64,000 nucleotides of DNA. Origin: Candidatus Woesearchaeota archaeon. GTDB lineage: Archaea; Nanobdellota; Nanobdellia; Woesearchaeales; GW2011-AR9. Below the pieces are notes generated by a model, which was not told the DNA's origin, made no database searches, and saw only the letters and a program-made list of their open reading frames with translations. The stretch lies in assembly GCA_041665465.1 (NCBI GenBank), contig JBAYIU010000001.1, positions 1,406,260-1,470,259 on the forward strand, read 5' to 3'. This document shows positions 29,708-38,860 of the stretch, piece by piece. Both the position numbers and the translations under genes were made by a program. How positions within the stretch are numbered: the stretch's first letter is position 1; every line of letters begins with the position of its first letter.

Positions 29708-30694
29708 ATGGATATCATTAAAATTACTAACTTAACTAAGAAATTTGGCGAGTTTACTGCTGTAAATAGCATCAATTTTGAAGTAAAGCAAGGTGAAATA
29801 TTTGGTTTTCTCGGGCCGAACGGTGCTGGAAAAACCACTACTATTTCTATGCTAGCTACAATCCTTAAGGCCACTTCTGGTGAAGCTACAGTTAATGGTT
29901 ATGATATCACTACTCAGCAAGACGAAGTAAGGACTTCTATTGGTATTGTGTTCCAAGATCAGAGTTTAGATGAAGAACTTACTGCTTATGAAAATATGGA
30001 CTTTCATGGCAGATTATATCATGTTCCTAAAGAAGTGCGTAAAGATAAGATCCTCAAATTGTTAAGATTGGTAGAATTAGAAGATAGAAAGAATGATTTG
30101 GTAAAGACTTTTTCTGGTGGAATGCGTCGACGTTTAGAAATTGCTCGAGGATTATTACATGAACCAAAAGTATTGTTCTTAGATGAGCCTACTTTAGGAT
30201 TAGATCCGCAAACCCGTAATCATTTATGGGATTATATTCGAAAACTTAACCAAGAACAACACATTACTATTATTTTAACTACTCATTACATGGAAGAAGC
30301 AGATCGATTATGTAATACTATTGCTATCATCGATCAAGGAAAGATTGTTACTTCTGGAACGCCTTCTTTTTTAAAAGATGCAATTGGTGGAGATATCATC
30401 ACTTTAGAATCCTCAGACAATCAAAAATTATTATCTTCTTTGGTTAAGTTTAAGTGGGTAAATAAAGCCCAGACTCATAATGGTTCTTTGACCATAAATT
30501 TAAAACAGTCGGAGAAACATGTGGTAGATATTGTTAGCTTAGCAAACAAAGAGAAGATAAATATCAGTACTCTCACCGTTCACAAACCCACTTTAGAAGA
30601 TGTGTTCTTACACTTTACTGGAAAAACCATTAGAGAAGAAGAAGCAGGACCTAAAGATGCGATGCGTATGCAGCATAAGATGTGGAGGCGTTAA
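29708..30694 (+). CDS. ABC-2 exporter ATP-binding subunit (DrrA-like)
   Basis: GPNGAGKTT, FSGGMRRRL, LFLDEPT, C-terminal PTLEDVFL. Confidence 0.95.
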   Translation: MDIIKITNLTKKFGEFTAVNSINFEVKQGEIFGFLGPNGAGKTTTISMLATILKATSGEATVNGYDITTQQDEVRTSIGIVFQDQSLDEELTAYENMDFHGRLYHVPKEVRKDKILKLLRLVELEDRKNDLVKTFSGGMRRRLEIARGLLHEPKVLFLDEPTLGLDPQTRNHLWDYIRKLNQEQHITIILTTHYMEEADRLCNTIAIIDQGKIVTSGTPSFLKDAIGGDIITLESSDNQKLLSSLVKFKWVNKAQTHNGSLTINLKQSEKHVVDIVSLANKEKINISTLTVHKPTLEDVFLHFTGKTIREEEAGPKDAMRMQHKMWRR

Positions 30695-30695
30695 G

Positions 30696-31448
30696 ATGAT
30701 GGAAGCGACTTACACTATCTGGCTGCGTAACATGAAACGATATCTTCGTTCTAAAAGCAGAATTATTGGAAGTTTAGGTATGCCCTTGTTCTTCTTGTTA
30801 ATATTGGGGTTTGGATTGAACTCAATCGTTAGTGTTCCGGGAACTGGGAAAGGATATGTGGGATTTATTGTTCCAGGAATTGTAGCTATGAGCGTTCTGT
30901 TCACTTCCGTTTTCTCAGGAATACAAATCATCTGGGATAAACAGTTTGGTTTTCTCAAAGAAACTCTGGTTGCACCTGTATCTCGGTTAGAGATTATGCT
31001 TGGTCAGACTCTAGGTGGGGCTTCGACTTCATTCATTCAAGGAGCGGTTATCTTATTGGTATCTTTAGTTTTAGGAATAATTTCAGTTAAATGGTGGGGT
31101 TTCCTGATTGCTTTTGGATTTATGTTGTTGATTGGAATCGCTTTTACTGCTTTAGGTATTGCTATCGCTTCTAAGATGGAAGATATGCACGGCTTTCAGT
31201 TAATCATGAACTTTCTGATTTTTCCAATCTTCGGCCTATCTGGGGCAATATTTCCAATCAGCAGTCTTCCTTCTTGGTTGAAGTATATTACTTACATTGA
31301 CCCATTAACTTATGGTGTAGAAGGGATTAGGTATGGGTTATTAGGAGTATCGCAAATATCGCCCTTATTATGTTTTGGAATATTGGGTGGATTTACTCTC
31401 CTTATGGTTGGTTTGGGGGCGTATCTGTTTAGAAAGATTCAAGTTTGA
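30696..31448 (+). CDS. ABC-2 exporter permease (DrrB-like)
   Basis: Six TM segments, FIVPGI, GFLKETLVAPVSR, DPLTYGVEGIR. Start MMEAT at 30696. Confidence 0.93.
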   Translation: MMEATYTIWLRNMKRYLRSKSRIIGSLGMPLFFLLILGFGLNSIVSVPGTGKGYVGFIVPGIVAMSVLFTSVFSGIQIIWDKQFGFLKETLVAPVSRLEIMLGQTLGGASTSFIQGAVILLVSLVLGIISVKWWGFLIAFGFMLLIGIAFTALGIAIASKMEDMHGFQLIMNFLIFPIFGLSGAIFPISSLPSWLKYITYIDPLTYGVEGIRYGLLGVSQISPLLCFGILGGFTLLMVGLGAYLFRKIQV

Positions 31449-31511
31449 ATATTCTAACTTTCCTAAATATTTATATATCCATTAATTCTTCTCTGTTCAA
31501 GTGATAGATAC

Positions 31512-31793
31512 ATGAAGATAACCATAGATACTAAGGAAGACTCTCCCGAAGAGATTCGTAAAGCTATTACCTTTCTTCATAGTTTGAGTAATTCTGGCGG
31601 AGGAGCGTACATTCCCGAAGCTAATACTCCTGCTGCAGACACAACTAATCTGATGAGTATGTTTGGAGATGCTCCTAGCACTCCTGCTGCAAGTGAGACC
31701 GCTCCTAATTTTGGATCTTTCTTGAATTTAGTTGATCAGAAGAAAGAAGCTTCTAAAAGATATCTGGACGAACCAAAGTTAGAATTCTATTAA
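31512..31793 (+). CDS. Hypothetical protein
   Basis: MKITIDTKEDS start; TATA and SD-like GTGA upstream. Confidence 0.75.
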   Translation: MKITIDTKEDSPEEIRKAITFLHSLSNSGGGAYIPEANTPAADTTNLMSMFGDAPSTPAASETAPNFGSFLNLVDQKKEASKRYLDEPKLEFY

Positions 31794-31809
31794 TACTTCC
31801 CTTCTTCTC

Positions 31810-33054
31810 TTACAACAGAAATATCAACGCTAGTCCCAACGCAAATAATATCACGTAGAACCAAATAATAATCTTAGCAAATTGTTTCCCGCCAAAGAAG
31901 TATGCTATCCCTCCTTTGGTACAAATGTTAGTCAATACTGCTAAAATTATCCCTTGAGCAGCGATATCACCACTTAGGGTGGTTTTAGCTAGTTCTGAAA
32001 GAGAAATAACTATTGCATCGACATCGGCAAATCCGGAGATGATACTTACTACATACACTCCTTTATTTGAGAAGAAAACATTAGCCAGTTTTGCTAAAGC
32101 TAACATTACTGCAAATACGGCTCCAAACTTTAAAGCCGGAGTAAGAGTAAAAGGAGAATGCAGTTCTACTTTACTTTCAATATTCTGGGTTTTCCGCCAT
32201 AAGAAATATGAGAACAAGGCTGTTAGCAATATTAATATGGTCAACGGAAGAAGAACTTTAGAAGAAAGTGGCTGGTTGACCACGAAGACCAATACAAACA
32301 CCCTTATCATCATCACTCCATTGGCTAGGATTACTCCTAGGGCTAGGGCTCGATAAATCTTAAGCTCACGTTTACTTCGTTGAGAGAAACTCATCGTTAA
32401 AGCGGTACTGCTAGCTAATCCTCCTAATAATCCGGCTAGAGCAATCCCTTTGTCTCCTAACCATTTCAAGGCAACATAACCAACAAAGCTTATTCCAGAT
32501 ACTAATACTACCATTAGCCAGATGATGTAAGGGTTAAATATCTCATACGGTCCGTAACCTTGATTGGGAAGAAGAGGAAGAATAACAAAAGCAATCACTG
32601 CAAATTTAAGAGTGTCAGCCATTTCTTCAGTACTTATCTTCTGAGCAAAACGATGTAATACTGAACGTGCGTAAAGAATGATGGTGATTACTATGGCTAG
32701 GATTACTGCTAAAGTAATCTCATTATTGTAACAAAGCATACCAATAAAGAAAGCCAAAAATCCGGCTACTTCTGAGGTGGCTCCAACGTATTGTTTAGAA
32801 TGGCCTGAGAAGGTAAAGTAGGCCACGATGATTAAAATTCCCATCAAAGCTATACTTATAAATAATACCCATTCAGAAATAGTTTGTCCAAGGTAAGTGG
32901 CTAGAGCTCCGAACAAGGCAATTAAAGGAAAAGTACGAATCCCTGCAAAAGAATGACCTCGGTTTTTATACGTTGCATATTCTCGTTCTAACCCTATTAG
33001 TGCACCTAGAGCTAGAGCCGCTAAGAATCTTTCTAATATGCTTAGTTCAAACAT
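31810..33054 (-). CDS. MgtC/SapB + DUF4010 membrane protein
   Basis: LGALIGLERE, AGIRTFPLI, ILPLLPN, GGLASSTA, SGFADVDAI. Confidence 0.92.
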   Translation of the reverse strand: MFELSILERFLAALALGALIGLEREYATYKNRGHSFAGIRTFPLIALFGALATYLGQTISEWVLFISIALMGILIIVAYFTFSGHSKQYVGATSEVAGFLAFFIGMLCYNNEITLAVILAIVITIILYARSVLHRFAQKISTEEMADTLKFAVIAFVILPLLPNQGYGPYEIFNPYIIWLMVVLVSGISFVGYVALKWLGDKGIALAGLLGGLASSTALTMSFSQRSKRELKIYRALALGVILANGVMMIRVFVLVFVVNQPLSSKVLLPLTILILLTALFSYFLWRKTQNIESKVELHSPFTLTPALKFGAVFAVMLALAKLANVFFSNKGVYVVSIISGFADVDAIVISLSELAKTTLSGDIAAQGIILAVLTNICTKGGIAYFFGGKQFAKIIIWFYVILFALGLALIFLL

Positions 33055-33107
33055 CTATTGCACCAATAGTAAGAAGAATGTTTCGCTTTATATAGTTTAC
33101 TGAGGTG

Positions 33108-34583
33108 TTAACTCTTCACTTCAGGCGTAACTTCCTTCTCAGCATTTTTCTTCGCTCTTTCTGCTCTTCGTAGATCTCTTTCTTGCTTCTTTATCTCGTT
33201 AGCTTGTTTCTTAGCTTCTTTAGCTGCTTCTTTTTCTTCTTCTTCTTTATTATGAAGATGGTCTTTCCATCGAAGTAAGGTGTAATTAACCGGGTTTTTG
33301 ATATGGGCACATAAGCTGTCTGGCTTACACACTCCAAACGATTTATAGTAACCTTCATTGTTACAGTTAGGTGGAAGTTTCTCTCCCGGTTTGAAATAAC
33401 GTAACTGTGATTCGATATAATTGTCCCTAAGAGGATTAGCTTTATTTTTGTCATGGTTCCATTCTAACAAAAATCCTTCTAATTCTTTTTTGCTCCATCC
33501 AATCTTGCCTAAGAAATTACTCCAACAGAATACTGCCCGTTTCTTTCCATCTTCCATTCCGTTCAATAACCCTTTCATACAGGGAGGAAAGAAATCCTCT
33601 CTAATCGGAGAAGTAACCATCGTTTCTTCGTTCTTATTTTGGTTCTCAATCTTGATTCTATCTCGAACTTCTTTTTCTACTACTGTTTTAGTTTGGAAGT
33701 CTAATGCTGAGGTAAGCAAGTTTCTGGCACTTGGTCCAGAAACGTTTCGGTCCATAAACTTAAACATAGGGGTAAGAATCTTGTCCGGATCAGCCATAGA
33801 TCGCTCAAATTCCATCACTCGTTCTGGATCGATGGGCAAACTAACTAATCCCGATTTCTCATGCAAAGAATAAGGCATACGATACAAATGACGTGGGGCG
33901 ATCAGGATAGTATCAATCTCTAAGAACTTATCCACGTTTAGTTTAGCAACCTTATCACCATACTGGTTCTTTTCATAACCCGTTATATCTTCCGGTGGCA
34001 GTTCTACTTTATCTTTGATCTTACTGAAATCGTTGTTTTCAAAAGCAAGAATTCTTTTTCCTAACTCTTCTTTGATGTTCTCTTTGATATAAGCAGCAAT
34101 CTTTCTGGCTGCTTCCGGAAAGAGAGTTTTAATCTGGATAGATCCTACTTGGCTGGGAAATGCTTCAAAAGGTACTCCAATATGAAAACCTTTATTGCCC
34201 GAAAATTTTATGGAATAATCTTTTACTTCACATCTCTTAAGAAATTTGATAATCAAATCCGCACTAATCTTGCTGTAATCGATAAATTTACAATCTATAT
34301 CTAGTACTAAGTCCCATCCTCGGCGAAGTTCTTCCATCTCTTTCTTATTTGAAGTGCTGCTTAAACTTAAGGGATTATCCCATATTTCTTCGCTACAGTG
34401 AAACGAAGTTACTCCTTTAAGAGCTAATTCTAAAATCTCTTTAGGATATGTCAAGATATCTGGGCGTTTACCAAAGCTTTCTCCATATCTGACACTGAAT
34501 TCTTTATTCTGAGCATGTTCTACTATCTCTTGCTGAATGTCCTTTCTTTTGTAGAAGCGTAGGCATGTGCCTTTGTCTATCAT
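33108..34583 (-). CDS. Fused DNA primase PriS-PriL (DPANN-type)
   Basis: PriS motifs WDLVLDID, FSGNKGFH and HLYRMPYSLH; PriL Fe-S cysteines FPPC...PPNC...C...C..IKNPVNY. Confidence 0.9.
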   Translation of the reverse strand: MIDKGTCLRFYKRKDIQQEIVEHAQNKEFSVRYGESFGKRPDILTYPKEILELALKGVTSFHCSEEIWDNPLSLSSTSNKKEMEELRRGWDLVLDIDCKFIDYSKISADLIIKFLKRCEVKDYSIKFSGNKGFHIGVPFEAFPSQVGSIQIKTLFPEAARKIAAYIKENIKEELGKRILAFENNDFSKIKDKVELPPEDITGYEKNQYGDKVAKLNVDKFLEIDTILIAPRHLYRMPYSLHEKSGLVSLPIDPERVMEFERSMADPDKILTPMFKFMDRNVSGPSARNLLTSALDFQTKTVVEKEVRDRIKIENQNKNEETMVTSPIREDFFPPCMKGLLNGMEDGKKRAVFCWSNFLGKIGWSKKELEGFLLEWNHDKNKANPLRDNYIESQLRYFKPGEKLPPNCNNEGYYKSFGVCKPDSLCAHIKNPVNYTLLRWKDHLHNKEEEEKEAAKEAKKQANEIKKQERDLRRAERAKKNAEKEVTPEVKS

Positions 34584-34640
34584 TAAAATTCAATTTAAAT
34601 TAGAAGTATAAAATACTTTCTTTAGTAGAATAGATAATAC

Positions 34641-34910
34641 TTACAATCCACTTGCTTCTTTCTGGAACTCTTTAGCTTTCTTCTTCAGATTAGTTAAAGC
34701 TTCCTTTAAGGATTTTCTGGGCTCAATTCCTTTAGTTTCTAACAGGAAATGAGGTACTCCCGTTAAAGGATGGTCAATCTTATAAGTGGCAGTGTCTACA
34801 CCTTTAACTTGCTGTAATTCATGCTTTAGAGCGTTACAGAAGGTGTGCGTTTCTCCTTTCAGCTCAAAAATGAGCTTAGTCTTAGATTCTTCAATGACTT
34901 TGAATTCCAT
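34641..34910 (-). CDS. rpoL: RNA polymerase subunit L (Rpo11)
   Basis: GETHTFCNALK, ATYKIDHPL; start MEFKV at 34910. Confidence 0.93.
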   Translation of the reverse strand: MEFKVIEESKTKLIFELKGETHTFCNALKHELQQVKGVDTATYKIDHPLTGVPHFLLETKGIEPRKSLKEALTNLKKKAKEFQKEASGL

Positions 34911-35009
34911 AGTGGAGAAAATTAAGGACTTCATTTATAAACGTTTCGATGGTATTTTTACTACAGCACAGAGAAAGTATTTAAATCTCGGGGTATTCCT
35001 TAATAACTA

Positions 35010-36203
35010 ATGCCCATTCTTAGGAAAGATACTCCCGAACATCAGATTTACAAAGTCTTAGAACATTGGCAGCCAACTGATGAAATTATGATGGTTAAAG
35101 AGCTAACTAACCCTAAGAAAAAATTATCTATCCTCTTTGCTTATCTCTATGATCTGGTTAAGAAAGAGTATAAATCCTTTCCCACTCGTAAAAATGGAAA
35201 AAATCCTTTTGTTCATCCTCTTAACATAGTATGGGATCTAAGGAAAGCCAAAGTTAAAAATGAAGTAACGATTTGTGCAGCGTTAATCCATGACTTAATT
35301 GAGGAGAAGGTAGATCTTTATAAAAGACTGAAACATCTTTCTGAAACACCGGATGGAGTAAAAAAGTTAGATAAGTATGAGGATAAGTTGTGGGTAAAAT
35401 TTGAGAAAGATCTTAAAGAATTCAGTGAAGATGCTCAGTATCATTCTTCTGTTAAACAGATTTTAGAGGTAGTTTTTCTTTTAACTCGACACAAAAGACA
35501 TTTCTATTATCGTTCCATTTCTTCTCTTTTTAATCGAGAGGATGACGATACCAAAGAAATGGCCATCCAAGTTAAACTAGCGGACAGGATTCATAATCTT
35601 CAATCTTTAGACTGCTTTACTGAAGAGGATAGGATGTACCAATGTTTCAAAACTTTATTTATTCTTAATAACACTAAAGCTTATCTTAAGAAAAAATACG
35701 GGCAAAATAGTAATCCAGATAAAGCAGTCCATCCTACTGAAAAATTGTTTAAAAAATGTTGTAAGGCAACGTATGATGCTTTTCTGATGATTGAGAGAAT
35801 GTCTCTGGCTAAAGGGATTACTCCCATCGAATCGATGCTACAATTGGCGTTTATGAAGTATGCTTGGGAAAGATCTGGGCTGGACCAAGTTACTTCTACT
35901 AATCTTAAAGAAACTCATCCTATGCGTTTGTATCAGGGAATCATTAGGAAATATGATTCTCGATTACACCAAGAATGGAGCCAATTTAAACAGATGAAAC
36001 GGTTAGAATCAGAATATTGTCAAAAGTTCTTTGCTGATTACAATTTTACTTCTGAACAAATAGAGGCTTTGATTAATTATAAAGATGCTTATGCTCTTAA
36101 AGAAGTGGTCGCTTTATTGTTGTATGATCCGGATTATGTCGTGAAAGGATTTGGGTGTGCGGGATTGTGTCGTAGAGGATTTGTGTGTATGAAGAAAAAG
36201 TAA
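35010..36203 (+). CDS. RelA/SpoT-type HD hydrolase domain protein with C-terminal extension
   Basis: RKNGKNPFVHP, AALIHDLIEE, LLTR, VKLADRIHNL. Confidence 0.8.
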   Translation: MPILRKDTPEHQIYKVLEHWQPTDEIMMVKELTNPKKKLSILFAYLYDLVKKEYKSFPTRKNGKNPFVHPLNIVWDLRKAKVKNEVTICAALIHDLIEEKVDLYKRLKHLSETPDGVKKLDKYEDKLWVKFEKDLKEFSEDAQYHSSVKQILEVVFLLTRHKRHFYYRSISSLFNREDDDTKEMAIQVKLADRIHNLQSLDCFTEEDRMYQCFKTLFILNNTKAYLKKKYGQNSNPDKAVHPTEKLFKKCCKATYDAFLMIERMSLAKGITPIESMLQLAFMKYAWERSGLDQVTSTNLKETHPMRLYQGIIRKYDSRLHQEWSQFKQMKRLESEYCQKFFADYNFTSEQIEALINYKDAYALKEVVALLLYDPDYVVKGFGCAGLCRRGFVCMKKK

Positions 36204-36286
36204 GATTTTTCCAGAGGATTTATAAATCAGCTCTGTTTCTAATATAAAATACACAAATATAAGAAACGTAAACCGTTTTAAAATAT

Positions 36287-36399
36287 GGGGAATCCCGACT
36301 GGGCTTTCCGTGCTCAAGAATAATTTTCTTAGCACCTGTGCAGAAAATCACCTCTAAACCGATGTGGTTTTCTAAATATATTTAGAGGTAAAAATAAAT
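36287..36399 (+). promoter_or_regulatory. Structured leader region upstream of the DEAD-box helicase
   Basis: Three hairpins, plus ACCTCTAAA (36350-36358) complementary to TTTAGAGGT (36381-36389), which contains the SD. Confidence 0.55.
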
Positions 36400-37845
36400 A
36401 TGAACTTTGAAGAACTAAACTTGGCTCCGCAGTTATTAAAAGCGGTGCAATATCAGGGGTATACTGAACCTACTGACATTCAACAAAAGACTATCCCTTT
36501 AATCCTAGACGGAAAAGATATAGTCGGACAATCAGCTACCGGTAGTGGAAAAACTGCTGCCTTTGGGTTACCTATATTAGGAAAGATTAAACCTGGTCAG
36601 GGATTACAATTCATTGTGTTGACTCCTACCAGAGAATTATGTGTGCAAGTAGCAGAAACTCTTACTGCTCTAAGTAAATTCATGCCCATGAACATCGTTA
36701 AGATTTATGGTGGAGTAGGAATGGGTCCACAGGTTGATGCAGCTAGATATGCAGATATCGTGGTTGGTACTCCTGGAAGAACTTTAGATCACTTGAATCA
36801 TAATACTTTAAATTTAAGCAAGGTAAAATTCTTAGTTATCGATGAAGCTGATAAGATGTTTGAGATGGGTTTTATTGAAGATGTAGAACAGATTCTTAGT
36901 TATATACCTTCTCCGCGTCAAACCTTATTGTTTAGCGCTACCATGTCTGATGTGGTTTTGAAGTTGGTAGAGCGTCATTTGAACCATCCGGTAAACATTC
37001 GTACTGTGATGCATGTTGATAGAAGCCTATTGAAGCAGGTTTATTACAATGTTGACCAAAGAGAAAAGTTTTCTTTGTTGTTACACTGTCTTAAAAATAA
37101 GACCCCTGGACTAGCGTTAGTGTTCTGTGCTACTCGACAAGAAGTTGATCTGTTAAACCGGAATCTGAAGATGCAGGGAATTAAAGTCATGGCTATTCAT
37201 GGTGGATTAACTCAAAATAAGCGTGAATATGCTTTGAAACAACTTCGTGATGAAAATATTGACGTACTTGTAGCTACTGATGTTGCTGCTCGTGGATTAG
37301 ACATTAAGAATGTTTCTAACGTCTATAACTACGATGCTCCTAAGACTTCTGAAGAATACGTGCATCGTATTGGAAGAACTGCTCGTGCCGGTGAAAAAGG
37401 TGAAGCAGTTACTTTACTTAGTCAGAGGGACTTTGACAATTTTAGAAGAATTGAAAGTGATCGCACTTTACAAATTAAAGAAGAATCCTTGCCCGAATAT
37501 GAGAAAGTTCGTTTCGTAAGAGAAGTAGAACGTCGTGGTGGACGGTTTGGTGGCGGAGATCATTTTGGTAACCGTGGACCTCAACATGGAGGAGTAGCTA
37601 CTAGTGCTTATGGTTCTCGTAGTAATCAAGGACCTCGAGAAGGCGGCTTTAATCGCGGTTCTCGTTCTGAAGAAGGAGCTTCTCGTGGAGGAGCTGGCGG
37701 ATTCCATCGTGGACCAAGACCAGAAGGCAGTGGTGGGTTCCATAGAGGTCCTAGACCCGAGGGTAGTGGCGGGTTTAATCGTGGTCCTCGATCTGAAAGT
37801 GGAGCTAGACCTGAACGAAGAAGTCGAGAAATGACTCGACGTTAG
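36400..37845 (+). CDS. DEAD-box RNA helicase with RG-rich tail
   Basis: Q motif, ATGSGKT, PTREL, DEAD, SAT, ARGLD, HRIGRTAR. Confidence 0.97.
   Translation: MNFEELNLAPQLLKAVQYQGYTEPTDIQQKTIPLILDGKDIVGQSATGSGKTAAFGLPILGKIKPGQGLQFIVLTPTRELCVQVAETLTALSKFMPMNIVKIYGGVGMGPQVDAARYADIVVGTPGRTLDHLNHNTLNLSKVKFLVIDEADKMFEMGFIEDVEQILSYIPSPRQTLLFSATMSDVVLKLVERHLNHPVNIRTVMHVDRSLLKQVYYNVDQREKFSLLLHCLKNKTPGLALVFCATRQEVDLLNRNLKMQGIKVMAIHGGLTQNKREYALKQLRDENIDVLVATDVAARGLDIKNVSNVYNYDAPKTSEEYVHRIGRTARAGEKGEAVTLLSQRDFDNFRRIESDRTLQIKEESLPEYEKVRFVREVERRGGRFGGGDHFGNRGPQHGGVATSAYGSRSNQGPREGGFNRGSRSEEGASRGGAGGFHRGPRPEGSGGFHRGPRPEGSGGFNRGPRSESGARPERRSREMTRR
37696..37800 (+). repeat. Three 36-nt coding repeats (GGF[H/N]RGPR[P/S]E[G/S]x)
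   Basis: The protein repeat is conserved while synonymous codons differ between copies. Confidence 0.85.
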
Positions 37846-37846
37846 G

Positions 37847-38800
37847 TTATTTTTGTTCTTTTACTTTTTCTTTAGAGGGAAATTCTTTAATTTCGTAATC
37901 CTTTGAGATAGATCTTTCGACATTCACTCCCGATTCTCTTAGAATAATAGCTAGATGCATTGTAATTGATTTTAAGTACACTCTGGGTAATTTCTGAATA
38001 ATAGAAATTATCTCTTGCCAATTCTCATTATTCCTGTTTAATGGAATATCCAAAAACAACTCTTTTGATTGGTCATATCTCTTAAGTTCATCTAAAGAAC
38101 GAGCGAAATAGAAATCTTTAACCTCTACCCCCAGGGAGATTGGTCCTAACTTTCTTATATCTTGTATAGCTGTAAAATTTATGTCTTCTAAGCTTTCACA
38201 ATAAGCATCACATAGAATTGGGTCGTGTATTTTCCGCATTTTATTAAAGAACTCTTTTCTAAAAGAAATACTTCTTGCAAGATTAATTAAGAATTCTTCT
38301 TTAAACGGTTCAGCCGAGTATTTCTCCCCTTCAATATTCTCGACCAATCTATTTCTTAGATATCTTGCAATTACAATTTTCTTATCAATTTTAATTATAT
38401 CTGGGTTTTCATTAAAGATGTTCTTCTTTGAAGCACCTATCCCGGGCCATACCTCAAGAATCATCTCTTCCCCATTATAATAAAGATTGAATACAAATTT
38501 TGTCTTAACTAAACTATGAACAAATGGCACGTAATCTTTACGTTCTCTCTCAATTATTTTCGCAATATCCTTAATAGTAAATTTACCTAAGAAGAAAGGT
38601 AGATTCATATTATCTCCCTTAGAGAAGCGGATCGCTACTTCATCATTATCCTTGAATCCATTCTTGGCTAATTTATCGATTATTTGCTGTTGATTATCCT
38701 CTTCTGAAAATATCACAAAAGAACGATGAAACAAGTTATTCTGTGAGAAATAGTATAATCCAAAAAGCTTCCACCCTAATCTATCAGGAGAATATTCCAT
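37847..38800 (-). CDS. Hypothetical protein with a C-terminal PEP-utiliser swivel-like His motif
   Basis: SITMHLAIILRESGV resembles the TSHAAIVARExG phospho-His motif. Confidence 0.55.
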   Translation of the reverse strand: MEYSPDRLGWKLFGLYYFSQNNLFHRSFVIFSEEDNQQQIIDKLAKNGFKDNDEVAIRFSKGDNMNLPFFLGKFTIKDIAKIIERERKDYVPFVHSLVKTKFVFNLYYNGEEMILEVWPGIGASKKNIFNENPDIIKIDKKIVIARYLRNRLVENIEGEKYSAEPFKEEFLINLARSISFRKEFFNKMRKIHDPILCDAYCESLEDINFTAIQDIRKLGPISLGVEVKDFYFARSLDELKRYDQSKELFLDIPLNRNNENWQEIISIIQKLPRVYLKSITMHLAIILRESGVNVERSISKDYEIKEFPSKEKVKEQK

Positions 38801-38860
38801 TAACTAATAATAACCTTAGATAACTTAAAAAACTTATCTCTGTTTATCTTAATAAAAGAG

